In this document: in pieces, positions 24,189-37,878 of the stretch
Numbering within the stretch: position 1 is the first letter of the stretch
Layout: every line of letters starts with the position of its first letter
Source of the DNA: Dimorphilus gyrociliatus
Lineage: Eukaryota > Animalia > Annelida
Direction: 5' to 3'
Assembly (NCBI GenBank): GCA_904063045.1
Contig: CAJFCJ010000005.1
Location: forward strand, 1,441,988-1,505,987
DNA: 64,000 nucleotides
The notes under the pieces: generated by a model
What the model was told of the DNA's origin: nothing
Seen by the model: only the letters and a program-made list of their open reading frames with translations
Databases searched by the model: none
Position numbers and translations under genes: made by a program

Positions 24189-27100
24189 TCAGCCATCCCA
24201 TTCGCAGTCGCTCTCATCAAAGACGAGTTCTGGGTGAACATTTCCTTCTAATTTAGGGGACAGTTGAATTATAGAGTCATTTGTGTCATTTGCGCTATCA
24301 GTTTCAGATTTTCTTGGAGTTGGATCTGGTATTTCTATACTAAGTGCAATACTTTCATAACCTTTTCTCATAAAGAATTCCTGTAGAAAAACAGTTTAAA
24401 AATCCACATGCATATGCAAAATAAAATTTACCTTAAGCATTTGTCTTTCACCCAAGTCCACATTAAATGCGTCTGGATAAAATCTGGAATGTAATTTGCA
24501 AAGTCTAATAACATCCTCAATTCTTCCTTGTTGTACGCCAAATATCATGAAATCAATCAATCGATCTTTCTTGGATAAAAATAGAGCAAATTCGTTCATA
24601 TACTCTGTTCCAACAAGTTCATGGTACTTTTTTAACCTGTCTACATAATCAAAAACTATTTCTTTCATTTCATTCGCGTCAAACATGGTCCACTTTTTGC
24701 TGCAAACACTATCAGCTTTTATGTAATTTTGTATAATTTCTGGGGCAGATAGATCTGCCATTGCATCATCTACATATTCTCTCCTTCTATCCTCTTCACA
24801 CGCGAACTTGCTGCAATACACTGCGCACCAATTTAGTTTCAAACTTTTTAGTACTTGCATAACTTTTTTAACGGCTTTGTCAGTGAACTGTAGGCAAGTG
24901 CTGCAGAAAACTTCCAGAGAAATCATACATTTCTCTAATTGTCTATCATCTAATGGATAACCTGCTGTTGTCAATGGTGATAAAAGAATGTTTCTGATAT
25001 CGTCAGATTGTATAAAGTTAGATAATCTAGGTATATTGTTAAGTCTGGTTACTATACCATGCAGATGTTCGTGCATGCCAAATTTGCATAGTCTTTCAAT
25101 AATGAAATTCCATAGAGAATGTTGATATATGTTAAAATGGAAGCAGAATTCAGCAGCAAACGTTACCGCATTGGCGTCATTTGCATGGTTTCGAACGATA
25201 CCTATAGCCAAAGATTCTTTGTCACTTCTATTAAAAGATTCTTCAGTATGAGGAATATTGAAATGCTCTAAGCACTGAAGATAATAAAGTGTGTTCATGC
25301 GTTTCCGAATGACATCTTCAGTTAAACCGCTACGAGTTTCCAATGATTTACGCCCTATTAATACATATAAACAATCAATAGCACGCACTTTTTGTCTGTG
25401 TTTGTATGAGTTGTCCTTAAATGCAATTGCCAAAAGATGCTCTATATTTTCGTGGAGATTTTCGTCATTTAACAAGAAAGCAATTCTTGTTGTTGATAGA
25501 CATTCAAAGGGAGCTTGTATTCCATCACCTGAAGAGTCAGCTCCTTTCTCTGACAACCATTTAGAAAGCAATTTCAATTTTAACTTTTTTAGGTCGACTT
25601 TGTGAATTTCCGAAATTCTTTTTGCAGCTTCGTGAATCATCTTCAACATCACATTAGATTTGTCAGAAATTACAGTAACTGATGGATGTTCATACAATTT
25701 TAACAATAAATTAAGTGGTTGCAAGTTCTTCGATTCACCCTCTGTTAAGTTTCCTAATTGATGCTCGTAAAGAGCTTGAAGGGTGGCATAGTACCTCCAT
25801 AAATTAATATATTCTTTGCGCATATCATTCACGTCGTTTTCAAGATCTTTATTCGTTCCCTCCTTAAGTCTAAGTTTCCATACTTCCGCTAATTTTAGGG
25901 CTATCTCAAGAACAATAACCCTGTCATATCCGTTTTGCAACTGTTTGCAGATCCAGTTTAGCGATCCAGAGGACTTTTTAAAATCTTTAATTTGCATAAT
26001 AATATTTTCAAGATTATTGAAAAACTCATCGTCAATCATTCTATCACCTTCCCATAATGACTTCACTTTGGTTTTTTTAGTTGCTTTAATTTTGTTCAGC
26101 TCATTAGTAATTGCTCTGAGCATTAATACATCCTCTTCAACTGCAATAAGTTTGGCTGTTTTCATCCACAATTCAAGGGTATTAAAATTAACCTCTTTGA
26201 CTATGATTGATTTCTTTCTCTCACTGCTTAAAAATGCATGGAATGGCAATTTTGTACTATTATTTAAAGGTAAACTGCTCTCTAATATGCCCATATCCAT
26301 TCCCAAATCTTCAACATCATGGGGTGAACTTATTCTTTCATATCTAGACAAGTAATCTAACAACAATAAATGTTTTTCTGTAGATTCACTCTTTTTCAAC
26401 TTGTTCATAAGCTTAAGAGCATATATTAACTTTCCGTAATCATAGGAATCCATTTTTTTAAAGATAGCTTTCACACGTTCATATAATTCCTCCTTTGGAA
26501 CATGACTTAAAACATGATCAATAATATGATGAACGTCATCCAAAGCTTCCAAAGAACCATCAATTAACAAATGTTCTACATAACTAAATAATGCTGCTTT
26601 CAGATTGAGCTGAAAAGCTCGACAATAATCTGTTATTAAATTTATATCTGTTTGCTTATGCTCAATTATAGGTTTCAAAAGTGTTCTCTTAGCATCATTA
26701 TTCTCATAGAATACTTCTTTGAAGTTAACATTCATAGCCTCTAATCTAAGACCCCAATTAGCATTCTTCTCTAGCAAATTAGCTTGAGCAAGATGAGTTC
26801 CTTTTTCCGAATCAGTAAACTTTAGATAATTTTTTACAACTAGACAAGTCTGGAGTATTTTTTTGAAATTTATACCACAGCCTTCAATGAACTGTTTAAT
26901 AACAGTTTTTACTGTTGAATCTGACAAGTGTTTAAGTAGACAGACAGCTGATATCAAGTCAACAGGTTCATTATTCATAACCTATATATAGCAGCTTCGT
27001 AATTATAAAATAACTAATAGTTAATATGTTAACTAACCTTCGAAAACAAAGCCATAGCTGTTTTTTTCATAAAAGTTTCCAATTCAGATACATCTCGAGC

Positions 27101-30100
27101 TGACGATCCTGCAAAATTACTTCTGCTCCTTGATATATGTAGTCCGAAGGAAAATATCAGCCAAAAATGCTTGCTTTCTATCAGTAAATCTAATATTTTA
27201 TTTGCTACTGGAATTGCAACTTCGAAATCTGAAATTTAAATGAGTCACTACGAAGAAATAAATTTAATCTTAAATAAAAACCTGCATGATAAAAAGCATT
27301 GAGATATTCATATAACAGCGGCATTACAGACTCGAAATCAAGAACACATGATGGTAGGATATGAAGATGATCGAAATATGTCTCAGGATTAAAAGTCTTC
27401 AGAATAGAAATACCGTTAAAATTTTGAATGTGTCTTAAAAGAAAACTTACCAAACTTGAATTTAAATTCTCAATACTCATACAATAGCTACTGATGAGGC
27501 TTGCTAAAGTTAGAGGTTCATTGATTTTCGATACTTCACTTAACATAAATTGATTGCATTGACAAGCGAGGGTAGATACTGTTTTTTGGAGTTTATCTAA
27601 CAAATCTGGACACTCACTGACTAAACTTTCATGATCGCAAACATAGGTAATGATTATCTTGGGCAGAGGGACTAAAGAATCTGCCACAAATGGATTTTTT
27701 TCATATTCCAGTATTCTATTACACAAATTAACAGCTTCATTGATATTTCCAGTTCTAACACACATCTCTACAATTTGGGCATGAACTTTATTTTGATTTC
27801 TCAAACCTAAGGCATCTGCAAATCTGAATATGTACATTAGCACAATGTCTAACAAGAAGAAAACGAAATTACCTCTTAACTTTATGCCATGATAGATCAG
27901 AACAGTCTTTGCTAGTTATATTTTCAACGTACATTTCGAGAAAATTTAGTCTTTTGTTTTCAAACATTATATCATTCATTTCCGGATTTTCATCAAAATT
28001 TTTCTGGTAAGAAAATGTAAAAATTTCACAATATTAAAATATATAAATTGACATACTTGAATTGCTATCGATGAATTAAATTGCTCTAGATAATCTTCAA
28101 AGTGCATTCTATCCGCATTTTCTGTACATTAGTGAAATATTACTAAAAATTATGATGAAAGTCAAAGTCTGACTTACCAAGCGACATTTTCAAGACAAAA
28201 GTTATTGCAATAAATATCGCTTTCCTTAATTCATTGTACTGAAAAAATTTTGCGATACTTCAATGTCTCATTATTTTCATCTATTACAATACCTGTTCTG
28301 TTGTATGAGAGGTTTGTTTACGTTTGCTGCATGTTATGGCAGTTCGTAAAGCGCATGTCGATACTTCAACGCTGTTGTTTTTTATAAAGTCCCAGAATTC
28401 TTGCAACTGAAAAGCTTAGTAAATATATGGAATTTGTAAATCTTTAAAAAATATACCTTAAAATCAGAAATTAAGTGAACGGTATAAATACGGTAAACAG
28501 ATTCAACGTCAACTATACCATAGCATTTGACTAGCTTTAAAGCATCGCTCAAGGCAGATCCTTGATCGGAGTGTATAATTTTTTTTATCCAGAGCTTTAT
28601 TAAATAATTCTATATATATATATATATATATAGATATATATATGTTTGATATTACCTTCATTTGGGAAATTTCAATACACTTTGGAAGTTGATGAATATT
28701 GTATTTATGCAAAACAACTTTTAATTCTGCCAATTCACATTCTTTTCTAAGTTCTTCTATTTCTGGATGATCTAAACGTAAGGAGCTATGAACTAAGCAT
28801 GCCATTTCAGCAGACCAAGGCACAGCAGCTGAATGTACCAATCCCATTACTGCTTTGATTTTATACTGTGATACATAAACTAAGTAATCATAAAATAGAA
28901 CTAGATATAAACAAACCTCAATTGTGTCAATGCAGTTAATGATTGCTATACATTTTGCTTCCCACGGTGTATCGCTAATACCAATATGCATGCTATATCC
29001 CTCTCTATTTGAAATATACTCTATGTATTGCATAAGAACTTTATCTAATTTTAAGGAATGTTCTTGAGTATAAGTTCGAAGACGTTTGAATATACAAGTA
29101 GGAATGAGCTCTATAGCCTGAATATCGTCCAACATTTTGAACACAATGGACTCTTTCGTTTCCTAGGTGCAAAAGCTCATTGAAATATATCGTTTCATAA
29201 AAATTAAAAACTTTAGTTACTTGTCTATATTGCGATAGAGAGAAATTACATTGATATTTCTCTCGCAGATCTTTCACCTTTGTTAGCTTGGACCATAGGA
29301 GTTTCAGTTTAACAACTGAATCTTGTACCTAAGAGTTTTGCAAAGTGATAAAATAAGGACTATGGTTATAAAATTACAAACATCTTCTAGTTTTTCGTCA
29401 TGAAAGTGGGCCGAATAACAAAGAGATAGTGAATTACTTGCGGCTGAGTAGGAATTAGCTAACTTTGGCAGTAGTTCTAATAAAATATTACAAGCATCAA
29501 TAGCATTATTAGGCCATCCTTGAGTTTCATTCGATTCCAATTCACATGCTTTTTCATATATAAACTTTGCAACGTGTTCCTTTTATGGAAAATTTAGTTT
29601 TAATATCTGAAGGCATGTAGACATAAACATTAGAGACTAACAATTGATTCAGGTCGACTTCTTATCACAAAAGGTATAAAGTGATTGGATAACCAAGAGC
29701 TCAACTCTGAAATTTTGGTTTTGCTGGGAATAAAAGCTAAAAGTGCTGAGACGCCGTTCTCAGGCATGCTTTCGTTTATTTCTCTCTGTTATTTTTCAAA
29801 AAAATTAGCCAAACCAAATGAGCAAGCGTATCATATTTAAGTATACCTCGTGTCTATTCCATATAATATAAGCTTTTTTCAACTTATCTTCTCTAAAACA
29901 TTTGGCAATCTCTTCATAAATATCGACTCCTTTCCAACGGCTCCATTCATTGGCACTATAAAATTGTATAGGATATAAATTCATGAACAGATACTTTTCA
30001 AACGTACTCATATTCATTATTGCACATCTTAAACGTCGTTAGTCGATACATGGTTTCCAATACGGAGATAGAGAGCTTTGATGAAGCGCTTTTAAGCTTG

Positions 30101-32072
30101 ATAAGTTCAATGAAAAAATTTTTATATAATCGTAATTGGAAATTTATAACATACCTTGTTTTCTATAAAATTTAAAAGTTTTGAATTCATCTCAAACGAT
30201 GGCAAGCTGGCTTCAGTAAATGTTATTAGACTGTCTTCGGATTGAATATGCGTCATCTTTTCCAACAATTGAGAGAATAGATTAATGGCCTCCTCTGGTG
30301 CTACTGAATTCCAAGGAGAAAGTTTCTCAAGTAGTTCCCGACAATGCACATCATAAACGATCTAAATTTTTCTTATTACAGATACCTTAAGAGATTTATT
30401 AAAAAACTAACTTCTAGGTCTAAGGTGTATTGCCTTGCTAAATCTTCAGCTTCTGCGAACATTTTTTTGTTCAGATATCTGCTCAACCTTAAAAAAGAAA
30501 GAAAAGTGATGAGGTTGCAAGCACTAGGAAAATATTACTTTTCTTCTGGTCTAGACTCCGTCAGTGCTCTCACACGTAAGCTTTTAAAAAAATTTGTCTT
30601 ATCATTATCATCACTTTCGACGAAGAAAACAGCATCGTCATGAGCTATTATTGGCTTTAAAAGGTAACTGGGGGACTGTACTTTTAGTGAATAGAAGGGA
30701 TTGTTCAAATCGTTAAGCGCGGCCACTCGAAGAAGCATCTCATGTTCAAGTATTTGTATAACACAAACTGAAATTGTGCTAAATTGAGAAAAGTAAAAAT
30801 TAATAATAATCTAAAAATTATCAAAGACCAACTTTTCTCTCCTTCCACAGCCTTCTAATAAGTACATTTCCTGAATTTTAACACCCCGATACCGTTTCAA
30901 AATACAAAAGCAATCCATATCAAACACATAAATATCACCCTGAGAAAATTTTATATTATCATGAGATATAAAATTATTTAATTTCTCACTTTGTTATCTA
31001 AAAGTAGCAAAACTTCTTCATTTTCAACAAATATAATTTGCTTAATTTTAGGAAAGATTGTTCCTCCAGTTGTTATGGCATTGCTTAAAGCCCACTCATT
31101 TGTAACATCATAATTCCATTGAATAATGAAATGAGATCCTGTCCCCTAAAAAATTACGTTTGAAAATTAAAGTAATACCTTCTTAAATCTCTTTGACTTA
31201 CAGCTGTATATATTTCGTCTGCTCTTGTTGATGAAATGCTAGTTACATTCATGTGATAAGAAGATAGATCCAAAATACCAAATTTCAATGAAGACGTAAA
31301 GTCTTCAAAAGACGGAAGACCTTTGTAGTCCATTACTTTTACAAAAAAATAATCTTTTAGTGGTCGGACTATCGAACTTCACTCGTACAAACCTTCTGAC
31401 AAGGTATTAATTTGAATATTAGAAACATAATATATTCGTTCGTTTGAAGCAAGTAATATGTAGTGGCAGAAACCATCGTCATCGGGAGGTGTTATAACTG
31501 ACTCTAGGAATGTTTGATCTCTTGTGTCTCCTATATTTAATTGCTGTTGAAGATATATTTTATAACTACAAAAAATCTTTCTGATTATCAGAATTACTTT
31601 AGTGAATATTTCTTGCTGTCGGGGAATGTAAAACATTCGTATTTTACCATTCTTTTCAGCAGTGAAAATGACATTCTGATCATAACTCCAAGCACAAGTT
31701 TCAATAACATTTTCTAAATTGGAATTAGGAAATTGTTAACAGATATCATTATATTAGCCCACAACATACCAAACTCCAAAACTGAGAGAAACTTGTAGCA
31801 ACCGTCTTGAAATAGAGATATATGCTGATCAATACTAACGACTGCCCAATTTTTACATACAGAGCCCCGTATCAACGGTTTAGACTTAACCTGAAGAATT
31901 TGAAGGTATAGCTAATGATTACCTTTTAAAATATTTTTCTTACTTCACCGTCTGCCGATATAGTTGCCAAAGTTTCAATGTCAAAGAGAGCTAATCCAGA
32001 TTCTTCTCTGGGACCAAAATTAAATGTCTCTTCCCCTGCAAAGTCACAATTGACAATGTTCCACTGAGCCAT
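24189..32072 (-). CDS. KNTC1: Kinetochore-associated protein 1 (Rough deal/ROD, RZZ complex)
   Basis: N-terminus MAQWNIVNCDFAGEETFNFGPREESGLALFDIETLATIS; SAAVPWSAEM..L; KKAYIIWNRH; a 2.55-kb exon at 24432-26981 with Rod_C-like YYLQCLEHFNIP...SDKESLAIGIVRNHAND...LWNFIIERL; last exon 24189-24380. Confidence 0.88.
28611..28643. repeat. (TA)n microsatellite in a KNTC1 intron
   Basis: tatatatatatatatatatatagatatatatat, with one interruption. Confidence 0.9.
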
Positions 32073-32303
32073 ATTCCTTTCACGAACTTTAAAGAAAATC
32101 TCCTTTTTAAGATTGACGTTTCTTAAAACCAAATCAACCAAAGTATTAAAAACTTTGAAAAAGATAATCAACAAACCTATTTAGACAAATAATCTAAACG
32201 CTGAAAAGAACGACTAATTATAGCAGTTGAATTTCAATGGTTTCGTTCAATATTTTCGTCAAGTAAGGCGGGAGTACTTGTAACCGCCAACGGAAAAAGG
32301 AGG

Positions 32304-32314
32304 TTCCGGTTCCG
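32304..32314. promoter_or_regulatory. Tandem ETS-like motif TTCCGGTTCCG in the KNTC1/BECN1 divergent promoter
   Basis: The same 11-mer recurs at 35295-35305 in the LDAF1/SNRNP27 divergent promoter. GC-rich motif in an AT-rich background. Confidence 0.5.
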
Positions 32315-32535
32315 TTTGTATCCATGGACAGCGTAAGAAAAATTCTATTCAACTTAAAAAACAAAACTAGATATATTTAAATTTTTTTGTCTTAAATGAC
32401 CTTTTAAGACAGTTTTCTTCTATAGCAAAAAATTAAACAAATAGTCTTTTGAAAATTTATTAGATTGCCTTCCTAATCTTTCGATTGAGAAAATAATTCC
32501 CATTTTAGGGCGATATACAACCAATCTGAAAAATA

Positions 32536-34303
32536 ATGACCTGCAACGTCAGTTTTGTTTGTCAAAAATGTGCTCAGCCTCTAAAAATCGATACTTCTTT
32601 TGATCGAAATTTAGACAGGGAAGAATATAAAAAATTATCAGGTATTTTTTGTTGTGATTAATTCTGAACATTGATTAATAAATTAAGACTGTATAGATAT
32701 TTGTCGGAAACTGAAAAGCGATGAAGAAACAATCGATATTGGATTATCGTCATTAGCTGTATTTATCTCACTTTTTAAAATATGAAATGTCTTTAAGACT
32801 AGTATTTTTCTAGTTAGAAGAAGATGTATTAACGTTAACAGTTCCTCCAGCGAGAAATGAAACATTAGACAGCGGAGGGGAGTTCACTTTACTTGGTGAT
32901 CCGGAGGTTTCCTCTGAGCATTTAAGCTTAAAAATGAAAATATCTGCTAGTCTTTTTGATGTACTGTCGGGACAATCTGAGTTAGATCATCCTCTGTGTG
33001 AAGAGTGTACAGACACATTACTTGATGAATTGGATAAGCAATTAAGTTCAGCCCAAGAAGAATCGATCATATATAGGTAATGGACAGTTTTTTTTATATA
33101 AATTTATATAATGACTCAAAACTTTCAGTGATTTTTTAAAGAAGCTTGAGGAGAATGAAGAAAACCAACCAGATGAGAATATTTTAAATGAAGAATTGGA
33201 AAAGGTAAGTTTTTTATTATTTCGAATAGGAAATCATTTTCTATAGTTCACAGCTTACAAAACAAAAAGAGACCATGTTATCTAATCTTGAACATGTGGA
33301 AAATGATCAAAAACGCTTAGAAGAAGACTTTACAAATGCTCGAAGTGCTGCTAAAAAAACTGAAGAGGAAGAAAGAGCATTTTTTAAGGAATATAATGAA
33401 TATAAGCGGCAACTATTGGAATATGACAATGCTCAGAAGAGGTTATTATGAAAACATTAGGTTTTATTGTCACTATAATTTCCTCTGTTATTATAGCGTT
33501 GAGTTACAATTAAGATATGCTCAGATGCAACTGGATAAACACAAAAAAACAAATGTTTTCAACATTACCTTTCACATATGGCACAATGGATCATTCGGAA
33601 CTATTAACGGTTTTCGACTGGGAAGACTACCAAACAAACAGGTTGCTTATTCTAAAGATTAAATAAACATACGTTTCATCATTAAAATTATAGGTTGATT
33701 GGAGTGAGATAAATGCAGCATGGGGACAAACAGTTTTACTATTACATTCTTTGTCAAAGAAAGTAAATTTAACTTTCAAAAGGTTGAATTTATTTAAAGA
33801 AATCATACGTCGCATATAACGACATATAATTTTAGGTTTATTCTTGTGCCATATGGAAGTCACTCATACATAGAGTCACTAGCTGACAAGTCTAGAGAAT
33901 TACCTTTATATGGTTCTGGGGGATTCCGCTTTTTTTGGGATACAAAGTAATGAATGTATTCATTCTTTTTCAAAATTAACTGTTTTAAATTAAAGGTTTG
34001 ATCAAGCAATGGTTGCTTTTCTGGATTGTTTACAACAGTTTAAGGAAGAAGTAGAAAGGTGTGATTCAAGTTTTTGTCTTCCGTACCCAATGGATAAAGG
34101 CAAAATAGAAGATCCTAATGTTAAAACCTGGTATTCGATAAAGTAAGATGAAAAATAATTGTAACTTTTTTTTTAGTAAATTATTTTTCAGAACTCAGCT
34201 AAACTCCGAAGAACAATGGACGAAAGCTCTTAAATTTATGCTTACCAACTTAAAATGGGGTTTAACATGGGTTTCTACTCAATATGATGATTATGACAAA
34301 TAA
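32536..34303 (+). CDS. BECN1: Beclin-1 / Atg6
   Basis: [22 protein letters not shown]; [13 protein letters not shown]; [21 protein letters not shown]|[12 protein letters not shown]; LPLYGSGG; [15 protein letters not shown]; [22 protein letters not shown]. The complete spliced frame was verified by eye. Confidence 0.97.
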
Positions 34304-34541
34304 CTTAGAAAATAATTTCTGATTTTGAATTGACAGTTCTTATAAATTGTTAGATTTAACATTTTACTGTCAATTTACTGACAATTGTATATTTTGTTTC
34401 ATTACATAGTGAATTACAAGTATAGTTCTTGATTATTAAAATTATTGATCAATAAGTACGCTATAAGTGAAATATTTATTTGAAAATATTGAATATTGGT
34501 TATTGTAATTTTCAAAATACAAAATTACCAATCATCAACAT

Positions 34542-35118
34542 TTAGTCACACTTTAGTGATGAACTATCTGCTTCTTGATGCTCCTGTTGCGGCGCCACTG
34601 ATTCAAAAACTGTACCATCCTTTCGCTTTAAAGAGTTAATACGATTTCTAAACATTTGGTTCTTTTGAATACAATAAAAGAATTCCTGAATGACTTTAAG
34701 AAAATATTTAATGAACAAAAACCCAATGGCTACAAAGATAGCAGCTGATCCAGTGAAAAGAAATGTTGAGATCAATACTATTGTTGCAAAACTAACGAAG
34801 GAGACTGTAAAGCATTTTGTATAGTTTTAAATTTAAAATAAATTTTACAATAAAACCTTCTGCAATAATTAATATTAGAAACCCAAATCCAATACTAGCA
34901 ATCACAACTGATATAAATATCAAAGCAGGGAGAATGGAAAATATCAAGAAAGATGAGATTAATACTGCCAAAAATGAATGTTGTTTTGCAAGTACTATTA
35001 AACTTTCACACTTTTCTGAGATTTTATATAATTCCCAAACTCGTATAAATTGTTGATATGCCCTGGTATATAAGTTACTTAGTTCAGAAAATACTTGCTT
35101 GTCCTCTACCTCCGTCAT
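34542..35118 (-). CDS. LDAF1: Lipid droplet assembly factor 1 / promethin (TMEM159)-like, 2 coding exons
   Basis: HSFLAVLISSFLIFSILPALIFISVVIASIGFGFLILIIAE|VSFVSFATIVLIS...; the long double-hairpin hydrophobic segment parallels promethin HPFLAFTLLVFIVMSAVP...VIILEG. Confidence 0.72.
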
Positions 35119-35292
35119 ACTGCGTGATTTATCTTTTGAAGAAAAAACATTGAAAATAGCTTAGTAATTTAATTGTATAACTTTACCTAAACATACACCT
35201 CTTATTTTATTACAACTCTGTTATAAGTACTCCGCGTTTTCTATATGTATTGCGAAAATACCAGTTTTCTCTATCACAACAACACTTTACAG

Positions 35293-35306
35293 ACTTCCGG
35301 TTCCGG
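35293..35306. promoter_or_regulatory. ETS/GABP-type site ACTTCCGG plus a second TTCCGG in the ~200-bp LDAF1/SNRNP27 divergent promoter
   Basis: ACTTCCGGTTCCGG lies 13 bp upstream of the SNRNP27 ATG; the reverse complement contains the canonical CCGGAAGT. Confidence 0.55.
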
Positions 35307-35318
35307 TCTATTCTTAAA

Positions 35319-36176
35319 ATGGGTAGAGGAAGTCGAAGCCGGTCCCCAAGACGAGGTAAATCGGCTGTTTTCATTGACTATCTTACAAAAGATTTTTTTT
35401 AATATAAAAAAATTAACTAATTTTTTTATATCAATCAAAAATTCTTTTTTTAACGAATTAATAATATGAAATGCTGGGAAATTCCTGATGTCAGATTATT
35501 TACATTAATTATATGGGTTAAGAGCTATAATTTGGCTGCAATATAAAATTTAGATAACAAATTGATGTTTTGATTTTTAGATCGTAGAGATAAAAGACGT
35601 TCGAGATCTCCTGAGAAGCGTCGTGACCACTATTTACCAAATCAGGATTATCAAGATTTTCATTATCGTCCAAGACACAGAAGTCGTTCACCATTTAGTA
35701 AAGAACTCACTTCGTACCATGAACGGCGTCGACGATCCAGATCGCCAGATAGAAAGAAAAAGAAAGATGAATTTTGGGGGTCTGAAAAAAATAAACATAA
35801 ACGATCGAAATCTCGGAGTCGCACTAGATCTCCTTCCAAACAAAAGCAATCCTCGTCAGCAACTTCAAATAAAGCTGCTTCTAAATCGAAAAAGAAAAAA
35901 AAAGGTATGTGTTCAAATAAGATAACAAAAATTATAACGGCATTTTCTCCATTTTTTATAGAAGAAGAAGTTCAGATGGACGAAGACGGAGATGAAAAAG
36001 ATCCCACGGAAACTGAAATGATGAAAATGATGGGATTTTCTACTTTTGACACTACAAAGAATAAAAAAGTTGTTGGTAATCAGGAAGGAGATGCTCATAT
36101 ATTACTCAAAAGGAAATACAGACAGTATATGAACAGAAAAGGAGGCTTTAACAGACCACTGGATCCCATAACATAA
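35319..36176 (+). CDS. SNRNP27: U4/U6.U5 tri-snRNP 27 kDa protein
   Basis: RS-rich N-terminus [12 protein letters not shown]; C-terminal [18 protein letters not shown]...[22 protein letters not shown], the conserved SNRNP27 domain. Confidence 0.96.
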
Positions 36177-36596
36177 TTGCGAAAATATCATCCCCGGAAC
36201 GATAATTCAAGCAGAAAAGTAATATTTTATATATGTATGATAAATATTTTTTGTTTCTCGATATCACAACGCTGTTCCGATAAAATATATTTTGCAGATT
36301 TTGACATTTGTTATGTTATGTTCTGTTCGGTTTTAATACTAAAACAGCAGCTTACATAAGAACTTTTTGTAAGGTATTTACGTAGATTGTCAAATCGGAT
36401 TAAATTTAATAAATTTAGCTAACTGGACATTAAACAGAATAATCTGCGATTGATTTGATAAAACTTGGTTATAAAAGCTTGAGTTACATTGTATAAAACT
36501 GATGTATTTTTATTGCTATTGTAGTACGTCAATATATATTATATTCAATTAATAAATCTCATAGATAAGCAATCCATTCTTTCTTGGACCCAGCTT

Positions 36597-37878
36597 TTAT
36601 GATATTTGCTTTCTAATCCAGTCGTAGTATGTTGAAACTCTTGCAAATGCCCCAGGGTATTTTCCAGGATTATATTTACTAGTAAAAGAGGCAACACCTA
36701 CTTGGTACCAAGTGTCTCCTCTCAAGCACACTAATGGTCCTCCGCTATCTCCCTAATAAATTTGATGGTTAGTATTAATTACATCAGAATCATTAACTTT
36801 GAAGAATGTCAACTTACGGGGCAAATTCCCATTGTAGATGTTGCTGATTTCATTCCTGCGCATAAGTGAATAGAACTGTCAATACCCCATGTTCTTGAGC
36901 ATTTATCATTAGGGTAAATAGGAATTTGAACCTGAAGCGCATTTTTATTTACGCTTCCTCCACTTTTTGTGCAACCCCACCCTTGAAAGAAGCACGTATC
37001 ATTCTCATCAGGAAAGTTTCTAATATAACCATCATTTAGCTTTACTGCTTGTATGTGCGGAGCCTTATCTCCAGCCAAGTGAGGTACTGATTCTGCTAAT
37101 TTTATAAGAGCAATGTCGTTTTCCCAATTTTTGTCTGGGTTGTAGAATTCGTGAATTTTTATTCTTTGACCATGAATAAAGTATTCAACGTCATCTTCAT
37201 CACAAAGTCCCAAAAAGTCAATTTTGCACAATTTTCCCTTAATCTTCTCAAAAATGTCTTTCTAAACGAAAAAAAGTACAAATTGTACTAATTAACTATA
37301 ATATATATAGTAACAATTTTGAACTTTGAATGCTGACAGTGCAAAATGACAAGATAATTCGCCTTAAACGTATGTAATAAAGATCAATTATTTACAATTA
37401 CGTTCATTATTTAATAAATATGTTTCTATAATTTTTGTTTTTGGTACTAGAACCTTAAATTTTAATCTCATATAAAACAATATCTATTATATACAGTGAG
37501 TTAAAAAATGTACAACTTACAAACATTTCCGTATCACCCAGTCTAACATGAATATTTTTCGCTTCAACTGTATCGCTTTGAAGAAAAACAAGAGTTTCGT
37601 TTGCATTTAAAGATATAAAAAAATACTTACTCTCCATCCTTTAGGCAATGGGCGGCGGTCAGAATCCATCTATCATTTATCAACGAAGCAGTGCAGTAAG
37701 TTATTTTATAAGTTAAAGTAACACCAAAAAATTTCGTTTTTGGTATTTTAATTTTCAAAGATGCTAAATAAGGCCATTCACCTACTTGGACTGATTCTCC
37801 ACCGATAACTCGTCGAAATCGAGGATTAGTACTAACATATACTGCCAAAGTGGCAAAAAATAATAAAGTCACCTTCAT
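36597..37878 (-). CDS. Secreted S1-family serine protease, 4 exons, catalytic triad intact
   Basis: Signal peptide MKVTLLFFATLAVYVST; activation site RFRR|VIGG; TAAHC, NDIALIKL, GWG, and CP|GDSGGPL; ends YPGAFARVSTYYDWIRKQIS*. Exons 37633-37878 (approximate), 37521-37575, about 36818-37261 and 36597-36752. Confidence 0.93.

Noticed and set aside
25291-26355. 104-aa and 179-aa plus-strand ORFs
   Set aside because: Antisense to the large KNTC1 exon, with the composition typical of reverse-strand shadows.
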